NCBI RefSeq assembly: GCF_009914755.1
Contig: NC_060932.1
Origin: the human T2T-CHM13v2.0 reference genome, Homo sapiens
Strand: one strand, 5' to 3'
DNA length: 64,000 nt
Both the position numbers and the translations under genes were made by a program. The notes under the pieces are model-generated. The model ran no database searches, was not told where the DNA came from, and saw only the letters and a list, made by a program, of their open reading frames with translations. Shown one piece after another: positions 23,101-36,249 of the stretch (within the stretch, counting starts at the first letter, position 1; every line of letters begins with the position of its first letter).

Positions 23101-23663
23101 GGCTTTGGAATAAGGTGCCTGTGTCTCCCGCGGAAGGCCCACACAAGCAAAAACGAGGCTTGTGTTTGGTGGCCATGGGTGGGCCGCCGTGACTCAGGGG
23201 ATGTCGACACAGGAAATGGGAGAAGTGGCAAGACCACAGGAAATGCTGGGAGCCTCCCAAGGAGGCCTCTCCCATTGCAGAAGCCCCCATGGCTGTCCTG
23301 GGCCGGCTGTAAAGTCCCAGGCTTTAGGGCAGGGTGCCTGTGGCTCTCGAGGAAGGCTGACACAAGCGAAAACTGGGCAGCAGGATCGGTTGGATGGGTC
23401 ATAGAAATTCAGGGAGATGTTGAGGCAGGCAGAGGGGAGAAGGGGCAAGACCTCAGGGAATGCTGGGAGCCTCCCAATAAAGGCCTGTCACATCCCAGAA
23501 AACCACAGGGTTGTCTGGTGCAGGCTGCAAAACCCAGGCTTTGGAGCAGGGTGCCTACGTCTCTGGTGCAAAGCCCCCAAAAGTGAAAACGGGTACACAG
23601 GGTGGTGTGGGCAGGCTGCAGGGACTCAGGGAAATGTTGAGGTAGGCAGAGGCAAGAAGTGGC
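23101..23663 (+). repeat. Gamma satellite GSATII-like (left of LTR)
   Basis: Units GGGAATGCTGGGAGCCTCCCAAGGAGGCCTCTCCCATCCCAGAAGCCCCCAGGGCTGTCC...GGCTTTGGAGCAGGGTGCCTGTGTCTCTCGC, in the opposite orientation to the left gamma block. Confidence 0.9.
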
Positions 23664-24269
23664 TGAGGGGGAGAGCGTGCTGGCAGTCTTTACAGCCCTC
23701 GCTCACTCTCAGCACCTCCTCTGCCTGGGTTCTCACTTTGGTGGCACTTGAGGAGCTCTTCAGCCCACTGCTGCACTGTGGGAGCCCCTTTCTGGGCTGG
23801 CCAAGGCCAGAGCCAGCTCCCTCAGCTTGCAGGGAAGTGTGGAGGGAGAGGCGCGGGTGGGAACCAGGGCTGTGTGAGGCCTTTGCCGGCCAGCGCGAGT
23901 TTTGGGTGGGCGTGGGCTCAGTGGGCCCTGCACTCAGAGCCGCCAGCTGACCCACCAGCCCCGGGCAGTGAGGGGCTTAGCACCTGGGCCAGCAGCTGCT
24001 GTGCTCAATTTCTCACTGGGCCTTAGCTGCCTTCCCATGGGGCAGGGCTCGGGACATGCAGCCTGCCATGCCTGAGCCTCCCCCTCACTCCGTGGGCTCC
24101 TGTGAGGCCCGGGCACCCCTGACGAGCACCGCCCCCTGTTCCATGGTGCCCAGTCCCATCGACCACCCAAGGGCTGAGGAGTGCAGGTGCAGGGTGCAGG
24201 ACTGGCAGGCAGCTCCACCTGCAGCTCTGGTGTGGGATCAACTGGGTGAAGCCAGCTGGACTCCTGAGT

Positions 24270-24770
24270 TTAGTGGGGACTTGGAGAACCTTTATGTCTA
24301 GCTGAGGGATTGTAAATACACCAATCAGCACCCTGTGTCTAGCTCAGTGTTTGTGAATGCACCAATTGGCACTCTGTATCTAGCTACTCTGGTGGGGACT
24401 TGGAGAACCTTTATGTCTAGCTAAGGGATTGTAAATACACCAATTGGCACTCTGTATCTAGCTCAAGGTTTGCAAACACACCAATCAGCACCTTGTGTCT
24501 AGCTCAGGGTTTGCGAATGCACGAATCGACACTCTGTATCTAGCTACTCTGGTGGGGACTTGGAGAACCTTTGTGTCCACACTCTGTATCTAGCTAATCT
24601 AGTGGGGAAGTGGAGAACTTTTGTGTCTAGCTCAGGGATTGTAAACGCACCAATCAGCACCCTGTGAAAATGAACCAATCAGCTCTCTGTGAAACAGACC
24701 AATGGACTCTGTGTAAAATGGACCAATCAGCAGGATGTGGGTGGGGCCAGATAAGAGAATGAAAGCAGGC
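24270..24770 (+). promoter_or_regulatory. LTR12 U3 enhancer/promoter: NF-Y CCAAT repeat array, GATA site and degenerate AATAAA-type TATA box
   Basis: CCAAT at 24321, 24362, 24440, 24481, 24650, 24675, 24699 and 24723. AGATAA lies at ~24749. AATGAAAG at 24758 is where the recalled consensus has AATAAAAG. Confidence 0.75.
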
Positions 24771-24843
24771 TGCCTGAGCCAGCAGTGGCAACCTGCTCGG
24801 GTCCCCTTCCACACTGTGGAAGCTTTGTTCTTTTGCTCTTTGC

Positions 24844-24849
24844 AATAAA
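24844..24849 (+). other. LTR polyadenylation signal AATAAA
   Basis: CTTTGCAATAAATCTTGCT, in the usual LTR12 R-region position. Confidence 0.7.
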
Positions 24850-25204
24850 TCTTGCTGCTGCTCACTCTTTGGGTCCACACTGCCTTTATGAGCTGTAACA
24901 CTCACTGCGAAGGTCTGCAGCTTCACTCCTAAAGCCAGCGAAACCACAAACCCACCGAGAGGAATGAACAACTCCAGATGCACTGCCTTAGGAGCCGTAA
25001 CACTCACTGCAAATGTCTGCAGCTTCACTCCTGAAGCCAGCAAGACCACACACCCACCAGAAGGAAGAAACTCCAAACACATCCGAACATCAGAAGGAAC
25101 AAACTCCAAACACACCGCCTTTAAGAACTGTAACACTCACCGTGAGGGTCCACGGCTTCATTCTTGAAGTCAGTGAGACCAAGAGCCCACCAATTCCGGA
25201 CACG

Positions 25205-28200
25205 TGGTGAGATGGCAGGGAATCCTGGGAGCTTCCCAAAGAGGTCTCTTCCATCCCAGCAGCCCACAACGCTGTCCCTAGTGGGTTGTAAGGGCCCAGG
25301 CTTTGGAGCAGGGTGCCTGAGTCTCTCGCAGAAGGCCCTCACAAGCGAAAAGGAAACCACAGGCCCTGGGCCACATGGACTCAGAGTGATGTTGAGGCAG
25401 GCAGAGGAGAGAAGCGATGAGATAGCAGGGAGTGCTGAGAGCCTCCCAAGGAGGCCTCTCTTGTCCCAGAAGCACTTAGGGCTGTCCTGGGCCGGCTGTA
25501 AAGCTCCAGGCTTTGCAGCAAGGTGCCTGTGTCTCTAGCAGAAGGCTCCCAAAAGCAAAAACGGGGCTGCAGGATGGCGTGGGCGGGATGCAGAGACTCA
25601 GGGAAAGGTCAAGGCAGGCAGAAGGAAGAAGCAGCAAGACCGCAGGGAATGCCAGGAGACTTGCAAAGAAGCCTCTACCATCCCAGAAGCCCCTAGAGCT
25701 ATCCTGGGCAGGCTGTAAAGCCCCAGACTTTGGAACAGGGTGACTGTGTCTCGGAAGTCTTCTCCAAGTGAAAACGGGAAGGCAGGGTGAAGTGGGCAGG
25801 CTGCAGGGACTCACAGGGGACGTTAAGGCAGGCAGAAGGAAGAAGCGGCAAGACTGCAGAGAATGCTGAGAGCCTCCCAACGAGACATCTCCCATCCCAG
25901 AAACTTCGAGGGCTGTCCTGGGAGGGCTGTAAAGCCAAAGGTTTGGAGCAGGGTGCCTGCGTCCCTTGCAAAAAAGCCCCACAAGGGAAAACGGGGCCAC
26001 AGGGTGGCGTGTTCAGGAGGCAGGGGCTCAGAAGGATGATGAGACAGGCAGAGGTGAGAAGCGGTGAGACCACTCTGAATGCTGCGAGCCTGCCCAAGGA
26101 GCCCTCTCCCATCCCAGAAGCAGCCAGGGATGTACTGGATGGGCTGTAAAGACACAAGCTTTGGAGCAGGGTACCTGTATCTCTTGTGGAAGGCCCCCAC
26201 AAGCGAGAACAGTGGTGCAGGGTGGCGTTGGGGGGCTGCAGGGACTCAGGGAGACATTGAGGCAGGCAGAGGGGAGAAGTGGCAAGACATAGGAAATGCT
26301 GGGAGCCTCCCAAGGACAACTCTCCCATCCCAGAAGCCCCTAGGGCTGTCCCGGATGGGCTGTAGAGCCCCAGACTTTGGAGCAGGGTGCCTGTGTCTTT
26401 ACCAAAAGGCTCTGACAAGCAAAAACGGGGCTGCAAGGTGGTGTGGGCAGGATGCAGAGTCCCAGGAGGACCTTAAGGCAGGCAGAGGGGAGAAGCGGTA
26501 AGATGGCATGGAATGCTGGGAGCATCCCAAGGAGGCCTCTCCCATCCCAGAACTCCCCAGGGCTGTCCCATGAGGGCTGTAAAGCCCAAGCCATTGAAGC
26601 AGGATGCCTGTGTCTCTCGCGGAAGGCCTCCACAAGGAAAACGGAGCTCCAGGGTGGTGTGGTCAGGCTGGAGGGACTCAGAGGGAATTTGAGGCAAACA
26701 GAGGGGTGAAGTGGCGAGAGAGCAGGGAATGCTAGGAGCCTCTCAAGAAAGCCTTTCTCATCCCAGAGGCCCCCACCTGTCCAGGGCATTCTGTAAAGCC
26801 CCAGGCTTCAGAGCATGATGCCTGTGTCTCTCGTGGAAGGCCCCCACAAGCGAAAAGGAAGTCACAGGGTGAGGTGGGTGGGCCACAGGGACTCAGAGGG
26901 ACATTGAAGCAGGCAGTGGGGAAAAGTGGCGAGATGGAAAGGGTTGCTGGGATCCTCCCAGAAAGGCCTCTCGCATCCCAGAAGCCACCAGGGCTGTTTT
27001 AGGCGGGATGTAATGACCCAGGCTTCTCAGCAGGGTGCCTATGTCTCTCGCAGAAGGCCACCATAAGCAAAAACGTGCAAGATGGCAGGGAATGCTATGA
27101 GCCTCCCAAAGAGGCATCTCCCTTTTCATAAGCCCACAAGGCTGTCCCGGGCAGACTGTTAAACCCAAGACTTGGAGCAGCGTGCCTGTGTCTCTCCCAA
27201 AAGGCCCCCAGGAGTGAAAATGGGGCCGCAGGTTGCCGTGAGTGGGTGCGGTTACCATGGGGTACGTTAAGGCAGGCAGAGGAAAAAAGCAGCGAGAGAG
27301 AAGCAAATGCTGGGAGCATCCTAACGATGCCTCTCTCATCCCAGAAGCTCCCAGGGCTGCCCACGGTGGCTGTTAAACACCAGGCTTTAAAGCACAGTGC
27401 CTGGGTCTCTCGAGGAAGGCTTACACTAGTGAAAAAGGGGCCACAGGGTGACGTGGGGGGGCCTCAGGGACTCAGGAGGACGTTGAGGTAAGCAGAGGGA
27501 AGAAGTGGCGAGTCGGTGCAGGGAATGCCGGAAGCCTCCCAAGGAGGCCTCTTTCATCCCAGAATCCCCCAGTGCTGCCTCAGGCAGGCTTTAAAGCCCC
27601 AGGCTTTGGAACAGGGTGCCTGTGTCTCTGGTGGAAAACCCCACAAGAAAAAACAAAGTCGCAGTGTGGCATGGGCTGGCCGGAGGGATGCAGGGGAAAG
27701 TTGAGGAAGGCACAGGGCAGGAGCAGTGAGACCTCAGGGAATGCTGGGAGCCTCCCAAGAAAACCTCTTCCATCCCAGAAGACCCCCGGTCTGTCCTGGG
27801 CAGGCGATGAAGCCCAGGCTTTGGAAAGGGGTGCCTGTGTCTCACGGAAGGCCCCCAGAAGCGAATAGGAAGCCACAGGGTGGCGTGTGCGGGTGGCAGG
27901 GACTCAGATGGTAGTTAAGACAAGCAGGAGGAGGAAGACCGCAGGGAATTCTGGGAACCTGCCAAGGAGGCCTCTCCAATCCAAGAAGCTTCCAGGGCTG
28001 TACCAGGTGGGCTGCTAAGGCCCAGGTGTTGGAGCAGGGTGCCTGTGTCTCTCACAGAAGGCTCCCACAAACAATAACCAGGCCACAGAGTAACATGTAC
28101 GGGCCACAGGGACCCAGGGGGACATTGAGGGCAGCAGAGGGGAGAAGCAGTGAGACTGCAGGAAATGCTGGGAGCCTCTGAAGGAGGCCTCTCCCATCCC

Positions 28201-31200
28201 AGATGCCCCAGGGCTGTCTCGCTTGGGCTGTAAAGCCCCAGGCTTTGGAGCATTGTGCCTGTATCTCTTGCAAAAGGCACCCAGAAGTGTAAATGGAATC
28301 ACAGGATGGCTTGGGCAGGCCGCAGGGAGTCAGGGGGAGATGAGTCAGGCAGAGAGGAGAAGCGGCGAGACGGCAGGGAATGTTAGGAGCCACCCAAGGA
28401 GATTTCTCCCATCCCAGAAGCTTTCAGGGCTGTCTCGGGCAGGCTATAAGGCTGCAGGCTTTGGTGCAGTGTGCCTGTGTCTCTTGTGCAAGGACCCCAC
28501 AAGAGAAAACGAGGTCGCAGGGTGGCATGGGTAGGCCACAGGGACTCAGAAAGACATTGAGGCAGGCAGAGGGGAGAAACGGCGAGACCACAAGGAATGC
28601 TGAGAACTTCCAAAGGAGGCCTCTCTCCTCCCGTAAACCCCTAGGGCTGTCCTAGGAGGACAGTGAAACCCCAGAATTTGCAGCAGGGAGCCTGTGATTC
28701 TTGTGGAGGGCCACCACAAGGGAAATCGGGGCAGCAGGGTGGCATGGGTGAGCCGCAGGGACTCAGGAAAAATTGAAACAGGCAGAGGGGAGAAGCGGCA
28801 AAATCTCAGGGAATGCTGGTAGTCTCCCATGAAGGCCTCTTCTATCCCAGAAGCACCCAGTGCTGTCCCAGGTGGACTGTAAAGCCCCAGGCTTTGGAGC
28901 AGGGTGCCTGTGTCTCTTGTGGAAGGCCCCCATAAGCAAAAACAGGGAAGCAGAGTGGCATGGGAGGGCCAAAGAAACTCAGGGTGATATTAAGGCAGGC
29001 AGAGGGGAGAAGGGGCAAGACCGCAGGAATGCTAGGAGCCTCCAAAGGAAGCTCTCTCATCCCAGAATTTCCCAGGGCTAGGTTGGGCTGGCTGTGAAGC
29101 CACAGGCATTGGATCAGGGTGCCTGTGTTTCTCCTGGAAGGCCCCCACAAACGAAAACGGAGCCACAACGTGGCATGGGAGGGTTGCAGGGACACAGGAG
29201 GACATTGAGGCAGGCAGGGTGGGGAAGGGGCCAGACCACAGGGAATGCTGGGAGCTTCCCAAGGAGGCCTCTCCCATCTGAGAAGCCCCCACGGCTCTCC
29301 TGGGCAGGCTATAGAACCACAGGCTTTGGAGCAGGGTGCCTGTGTCTCTCGCAGAAGGCCCCCAGAAGTGAAAATGAACCCGCACAGTGGTGTGGGCAGG
29401 CTGCAGGGACTCAGGGGGACGTTGAGGCAGGCAGAGGAGAGAAGGGGAGAGACCACAGAAAATGCTGGGAGCCTCCTAAGGAGGCCACTCTTAACCCAGG
29501 AGCCCCCAGAACTGCTCCGGTTGAGCTAAAAAAGCCCCAGGTTTTAGTATAGGGTGCTTGTGTCTCTCGCAGAAAGACCCCACAAGGGAAAAAGGGGAGG
29601 CAAGGTGGGGTGGGCTGGCCACAGGGACTAAGCAAGCGGTTGAGGCAGGCAGAAGGGAGAAGCAGCGAGACCTCAGGGAATGCTGGGAGACTCCCTAGGA
29701 GGCCTCTTCCATCTCAGATGCCCCCAAGGTTGCCCACAGTGGGCTGTAAAGCCCCAGTCTTTGAAGCAGGGTGACTGTGTCTCTCAGGGAAGGCCCCAAC
29801 AACAGAAAACGGGGCCACAGCGTTGCATGGGTGGGCCACAGAATCTCAGGAGGACGTTGAGGCAGGCAGAAAAAAGAAGCAGTGAGACCACAGGGAATGC
29901 TGGGAGCCTCACAAGAAGGCCTCTCCCAACTCAGAAGCCCCCAGGTCTGTCCCGGGCAGGCTGTTAAGCCCAGGCTTAGAAGCCCAGTGACTGTGTCTCT
30001 CACAGAAGGCCCCCACAAGCTAAAACGGGGCCGCAGGTTGGCGTGGGTGGTCCACAGGAACTCAGGGGGATGTTGAGGCAGGCAGAGGGGAGAAATGGGG
30101 CGAGACAGCAGGGAATGCTGGGAGCATTGCAAGGAGGCCTCTCCCATCCCAGACACCATCAGGGATGTCCCGAGCAGGCTGTAGAGCCCCAGGCTTTGGA
30201 GCAGAGCACATGTATCTCTCACGGAAGGCCTCCACAAGCGAAAAAGGGACCGCAAGGTCATGGGGGTGGGCCAGAGGAGCTCAGAGGGACTTTCAGGATG
30301 GCAGAGGTGAGAATCGGTGAGACCGCAGGGAATGCTGGGAGCCTTCCAAGAAGACTTCTCCCATCCCAGGAGTCCCCACCTGTCCCGGGCAGGCTGTAAA
30401 ACCCCAGGCCCTGGAGCAGGGTGCTTTTGTCTCTCGTGAAAGGCCCCCACAAGTGAAAACAGAAACGCGGAGTAGCGTGTGCTGGTGGCAGAGACAAAGG
30501 GGGTCATTGAGGCAGGCAGAGCGGAGAAGTGGTGAGATCGCAGGTAATGCTGGGAGCCTCCCAAGGAGGCCTCTTCCATCCCAGAAGCCTTCAGAGCTGT
30601 CCCAGTCAGGCTGTTAAGCTGCAGGCCTTGGAGCGGGGTGCCTGTGTCTCTCATGGAAGGCCTCCACAAGGAAAAACGGGGCCACAGTGTGGTGTGGGTG
30701 GGATGGAGGGATTCAGGTGGACTTTGACGTAGGTAGAGGAAAGAAGTGATGAGACTGCAGGGAATGCTGGGGGCCTCCCAAGAAGCCTCTCCCATACCAG
30801 AAGCCACCAGCACTCTCCCGGGCAGGCTGTACAGCCCAAGGCTTTGGAGCAGGGTGCCTCTGTCTCTAGTGGCAGATCCCCACCACCGAAAACGGACCCA
30901 AAGGGTGGCTTGGGTTTGCCGCAGGGCCTCAGTGGGACACTGAGGCAGGCAGAGGGTAGAAGCAGACAGGCCACAGGGAATGCTGGGAGACTCCCAAGGA
31001 GGCCTCTCCCATCAGAGGAGATCCCAGGGCTGTCCTGGGTAGGCTGTAAAGCCCTGGGTTTTGCAGAAGTATGCCTGTGTCTCTCGCGAGACAACCACAA
31101 GTGAAATGGTGGCAGCAGGGTGGCATGGCTGGACTGCAGAGACTCAGGAAAACAGTGAGGCAAGCAGACGGGAGAAGCGGTGAGACCACACAGGGAAAGC

Positions 31201-34200
31201 TGGGAGCTTCCCAAGGAGGCCTCTCCCATCTCAGAATTTTCCTGGGCTGTCCCAGGCTGGCTATAAAGCCCCAGGATTTGGTGCGGGCTGCCCGTATCTA
31301 TGGTGGAAGCCCGCACAAGTGAAAACAGGGATGTACGGTGGCGTGGGCGGGTGCAGGGACTCAGAAGGACGTTGAGGCCAGCAGGGGGGAGAAGCGGCAA
31401 GACCGCAGGGAATGCTGGGAACCTTCCAAGGAGGGTTCTTCCATCCCTGAAGCACCCAGGGCTGTCCCAGCGGGGCTCTAAAGCCCTAGGGTTTGGAGCA
31501 GATTGCCTGGGTCTCTCGCGAAGGGCCCCCAAAAGCGAAAATGGTGTCGCAGGGAGGTGTGGGCGGGCTGCAGGGGCTCAGGGGGATGTAAAGACAGGCA
31601 GAGGTGAGAAGCAGCAAGAGTGCCAGCAATGCTGGGAGACTCCCAAGGAGGCCTATCTGAATCCAGAAGCCCCCATGGCTTTCCCGGGAAAGCTGTAAAG
31701 CCCCAGACTTTGGAGAAGGGTGCCTGTGTGTCTCGCGGAAGGCCCTCACAAGCAAAAGCGGGGCTGCAGGGTGGCGTGGACCAGCCACAGGGATCAGGTG
31801 TACATGGAGGCAGGCAGAAAAGAGAAGCAACGAGACCGCAGGGTAAGATTGGAGCCTACCAAGGAGGCCCCTTCAATTTCAGAAGCCACTGTGTCTGTTT
31901 CAGGCAGGCTGTAAAGCCCCAGGCTTTGGAGTAAAGTGCCTGTGTCTTGCGGAAGGCCCCCACAAGCGAAAACGAGGCAGCAAGGTGGCAAGGGCAGATG
32001 GCAGGGACTCAGGGAGACCTTGAGGCAGGCATTGAAGGCAAGCAGCGAGAACCCAGAGAATGTGGAGAGCCTCCTAAGGAGAACTCCTCCATCTCAGAAG
32101 CCTCCAGGGCTGTCCCACGGGGGCTGTAAAGCCCCAGGCTTTGCAAGAAGGTGCCTGTGTCTCTCACGGAAGGCCCCCACAAGCGAAAATGGGGCCTCAG
32201 GGTGGCATATGTGGGCTGGATGGACTCGGAGGGACTTAGAGGCAGGCAGAGGGGAGAAGCGGCGAGACTTCAGGGAATGCTGGGAGCCTCCCAAAAAAGC
32301 CTCTTTCATCCTAGAGTTATCTGGGATGGCCCAGGAGGGCTATAAATTTCCAGGCTTTGGTGAAGGCTGCGTTTGTCTCTTACGGAAGGCCCCCAGAGTG
32401 AAAACGGGGCTGCAGCCTGGCCAGATATGGCTGCAGGGACTCAGGGGTCCATTAAGGCAGGTAGGAAGTGGTGAGACCGCAGGGAATGCTGGGATCCTCC
32501 CAAGGACACCTCTCCCATCCCAGAAGCCTCCAGAATTGTCTTGGGCAGACTGTAAAGCCCCAGGCTTTACAGCAGGGTTTCAGTGTCTGTCTGAAAAGGC
32601 CCCCAAAAGCGAAATCAAAGCTGCAGAATGGCGTGGGTGGGAGGCAGGGACTCCAAGAAATGTTGAGGCAGGCAGTAGGGAGAAGCGATGAGACAGCAGG
32701 GAATGCTGGGAGCCTCCCAAAGAGGCTTCTCCCACTTAGAAGCCCCCAGGGCTGTCCGGGGAGGGCTGTAAAGCCCCAGGCTTTAGATCAGGGTGCCTAT
32801 GTCTCTCGCAGAAGGCACACACAAAGGAAAACAGGGTTGCAGGGTGGCGAGGGTGAACCGGAGGGACACACGGGGACATTGAGGCACGCAGGAGGAGAAG
32901 GGGTGAGACTACACATTATTCTGGCCGCCTCCCAAGAATACCTCTCCCATTCCAGAAGGCCCCAGGGCTGTCCTGGGCAAGCTATAAAGCCCCAGGCTTT
33001 GGAACAGGGTGCCTTTCTCTCTCGCGGAAAGCCCTCACAAGCAAAAATAGGGCCACAGGGTGACCTGGGAGGGCCACAGGCATCAGGGAGACATTGAGGC
33101 AGGCAGAGAGGAGAAGCATCATTGAGACCTCAGGGAATGCTGGGAGCCGCCCAAGGAAGCCTGTCCTGTCTCACAAGCACCCAGGGCTGTCCCCGGCAGG
33201 CTATAAAGCCCCAGGCTTTAGTGCAGGGTGCCTGTGTCTCTAGCAGAAGGCCTCCACAGCAGGGTGGCATGGGCGGGCAGCAGGGACTCAGGGAAACGTT
33301 GAGGCAGGCAGAGGGGAGAAGCGACCAGACCGCAGAGAATGCAGGGAGACTCCTAAGGAGGCCTGCCTTATCCCAGAATCCCCCAGGGCTGTTTCAGGTG
33401 GGCTGTAAAGCTGCAAACTTTAGAGCAGGGTGCCTGTGACTCTCCCGGAAGGCCCCCCACAAGCGAAAACAGGGCCACAGTGAGGCCAGATCGGGCTGCA
33501 GGAACTCAGGGGGACATTGAGGCAAGCAGAGTGGAGAAGCTGCGAGATTGCAGGGAATGTTGGGAGCCTCTCAAGGAGGCCCCTTTCATCCCGGAAAGCC
33601 CTAGGGCTGTCCCAAGCAGGCTGTAAAGCCCCAGCTTTAGGAGCAGAATTCCTGTGTCTCTTGCAGAAGGCATTCATAATTGAAAACCGGGCAGCAGCGT
33701 GGCGTGGGCAGTCCGCAGATACTCTGGGGGACATTGAGGCAGGCAGAGAGTAGAAGCAGCGAGACCACAGGAAATGATGGGAGCATTTACAAACGGCCTC
33801 TCTTATCACAGAGGCCCCCAGGTCTCTCCCAGGTGGGCCGTAAAGCTCCGGGCTTTAGAGCAGGGTGTCTGTGTCCCCCGCAGAAGGCCCCCGCAAGCGA
33901 AAACGGGGCCACAGGGTAGAGCTGGCTTGCAGCAGGGATTCAGAGGGACGTTGAAGCAGGCAAAGGGAAGAAGTGGCTAGACTGCAGCAAATCTCGGAGA
34001 GTTGGAAGGAGGTTTTTCCCATCTCAGAATGCCCTAGGGCCATCCTGGGCCTGCTGTAAATCCCCGGCTTTGGAGCAGGGTACCTGTGTCTCTTACTGAA
34101 GGCCCACACAAGCGAAAACAGGGCCACTGGTGGGCGTGGGAGGGCTGCAGAGACTCAGGTGGATGCTATGGTATGCAAATGGTAGAAATTGCAAGACCAC

Positions 34201-36192
34201 AGGGAATTCTGGGAGCCTCCCAAGAAACCCTCTCCCATTGCTGAAGTCCCCAGTGCTGTCCTGGTCAGGCTGTAAAGCTTCAAGCTTCAGAGAAGGGTGA
34301 CTGTGTCTCTCTCAGAAGACCCCAAAATTCAAAAACTGGGCCAAAGTGTGGCATGGGCGGACCGCAGGAACTCAGGGGGACATTGAGGCAGGCAAAGGGG
34401 AGAAGTGGTGAGAGCGCAGGGAATGCTGGGAGACTCGCATTAATGCCGCTCCCATCCCAGAATTCCCCAGGGCTGTCCCTGGCGGTGCATAAAGTCCGAG
34501 GCTTTGGAGCAGGGTGCCTATGTCTTTCGCGGGATGCCCCCACATGTGACAACAGGGCCGCAGGTTGTCCCTGGGCAGGCCGCAGGAACTCAGTGGAATG
34601 TCAAAGCAGGCAGAGTGTAGAAGCATTGTGGAGACCGCAGGGAATGCTGGGAGCCTCCCAAGGATGCCACTCCCATCCCAGAAGCTCCCAGGGCTGTCCC
34701 TGGTGGGCTGTTAAACCCCAAGCATTGGAGCAGGGTGCCTGTGTCTTATGTGGAAGGCCCCCACAAGCAAAAATGGGGCCTCAGGGTTGCATGGGCGGGC
34801 CGCAGCAACTCATGGAAATGTTGAGGCAGGCAAAGCATAGAAGCAGGTAGACAACAAGGAATGCTGGGAGCCTCCAAAGGATGCCTCTCCCATCCCAGAA
34901 GCCCCCAGGGCTGCCCAAGGCGAGCTTTAAACCCCCAGGCTTTGGAGCAGGGTGTCTGTATCTTCACGGAAAGCCCTCACAAGCAAAAACGACAATGCAG
35001 TGTGGCATGGGCGGGTCACAGGGACTCAGGGGGACGTTACTGCAGGTAGCAAGAAGCGAAGATACTGCAGAAAATGCTGGGAGCCTCCCAAAGAAGCCTC
35101 TCCTACCCCAAAAGCCCCCAGGTTGTCCCGGGTGGACTGTTAAGCCCCAGGCATTGGAGCAGGGTGCCTGTGTCTCACGCAGAAGGCCCCCACTAGTGAA
35201 AACGGGGCCACAGTGTGGCGTGGGAGGGCCGCAAAGACTCAGGTGGATGTTGAGGCAGAGAGAGTGGAGAAATAGTGAGATTGTAGGGAATGCTGGGAGC
35301 CTCCCAAAGAGGTCTCTCCCATCCCAGAAGCCCCCAGGGCTGTCCCTGGCGTGAAGTAATGCTTCAGACTTTGGAGCAGGGTGCTTGAGTCTCTGGCAGA
35401 AGGCCCCTACAAATGAAATCCTGGCCACATATGGGGTGGGCGGGTCGCAGGGACTCAGGGGAACCTTGAGGCAGTCAGAGAGGAGAAGCAGCGAAGACAC
35501 AGAAAATGCTGGGAGCCTCCTAAGGAGTTCTCTCCAAACTCAGAAGCCCCCAGAGTGGTCCAGGGCAGGCTGTAAAGACCCAGGCTTTGGAGCAGGGTGC
35601 CTGTGTCTCTTGCAGAAGGCTCCCACAAGGGCAAACGGGGAAGCAGGGTGGTGTGGGCTGGCATCAGGTAATCAGGGGGACTTTGCAGCAGGTAGAGGAG
35701 AGGCAGCGAGACCACAGGAAGTGCTCTGAGCCTCCCAAGGATGACCCCCATCCCATAAACCCCCAAGGCTTTCCAGGGAAAACTGTAAAGCCATAGGTTT
35801 TGGAACAGGATGCCTGTGTCTCTCACAGAAGGCCCCCACAATTGAAAATGGGCCTGCACAGTGGCATAGGTGGGCAGTAGTGACTCAGAAGGACTTTGAG
35901 GCACGCAGAGAGGAGAAGCAGCACAACTGCAAGGAATGCTGTGAGACTTCTAAGGAGAGTTTATTCATCCCAGAAGTCCCCAGGGCTGTACTGGGTAGGC
36001 TGTAAAGCCCCAGGCTTTAAAGCAGGGTGCCTGTGTTTCTCGCGGAAGGCACCCACAAGGGAATACAAGGCCACAGGGTGGTGTGGGCATGATGGAAGGG
36101 ACACAGGGTGATGTTGAGACAGGCAAAGGGGAAAAGGGGTGAGACTGCACAGAATTCTGGCAGTCTCCTAAGGATGCCGCTACTATCGCAAA
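25205..36192 (+). repeat. Gamma satellite GSATII-like array (216 bp units, ~50 copies)
   Basis: The GGCAGGCAGA marker at 26261/26477/26693 gives a 216 bp period. G-rich on +, with extensive CpG decay. Confidence 0.92.
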
Positions 36193-36249
36193 GAATAATT
36201 TTTTTAAAAAATTTAATGGACAGCTACTTTCTAGTTTTTATCATAGATA

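Larger units (their letters stand above)
23664..25204 (+). mobile_element. Solo ERV9 LTR, LTR12C-like (~1.54 kb)
   Basis: Starts TGAGGGGGAGAGCGTGCTGGCAGTC.. and ends ..CCCACCAATTCCGGACAC(G). It has internal CCAAT tandem repeats and U5 repeats CTGTAACACTCAC. The 4 bp TSD TGGC/TGGT splits the gamma motif GAGAAGTGGC|GAGA. Confidence 0.94.

Noticed and set aside
24270-24730. Short direct repeats with variable intervening sequence (CRISPR-like look)
   Set aside because: These are the known U3 tandem CCAAT repeats of LTR12.
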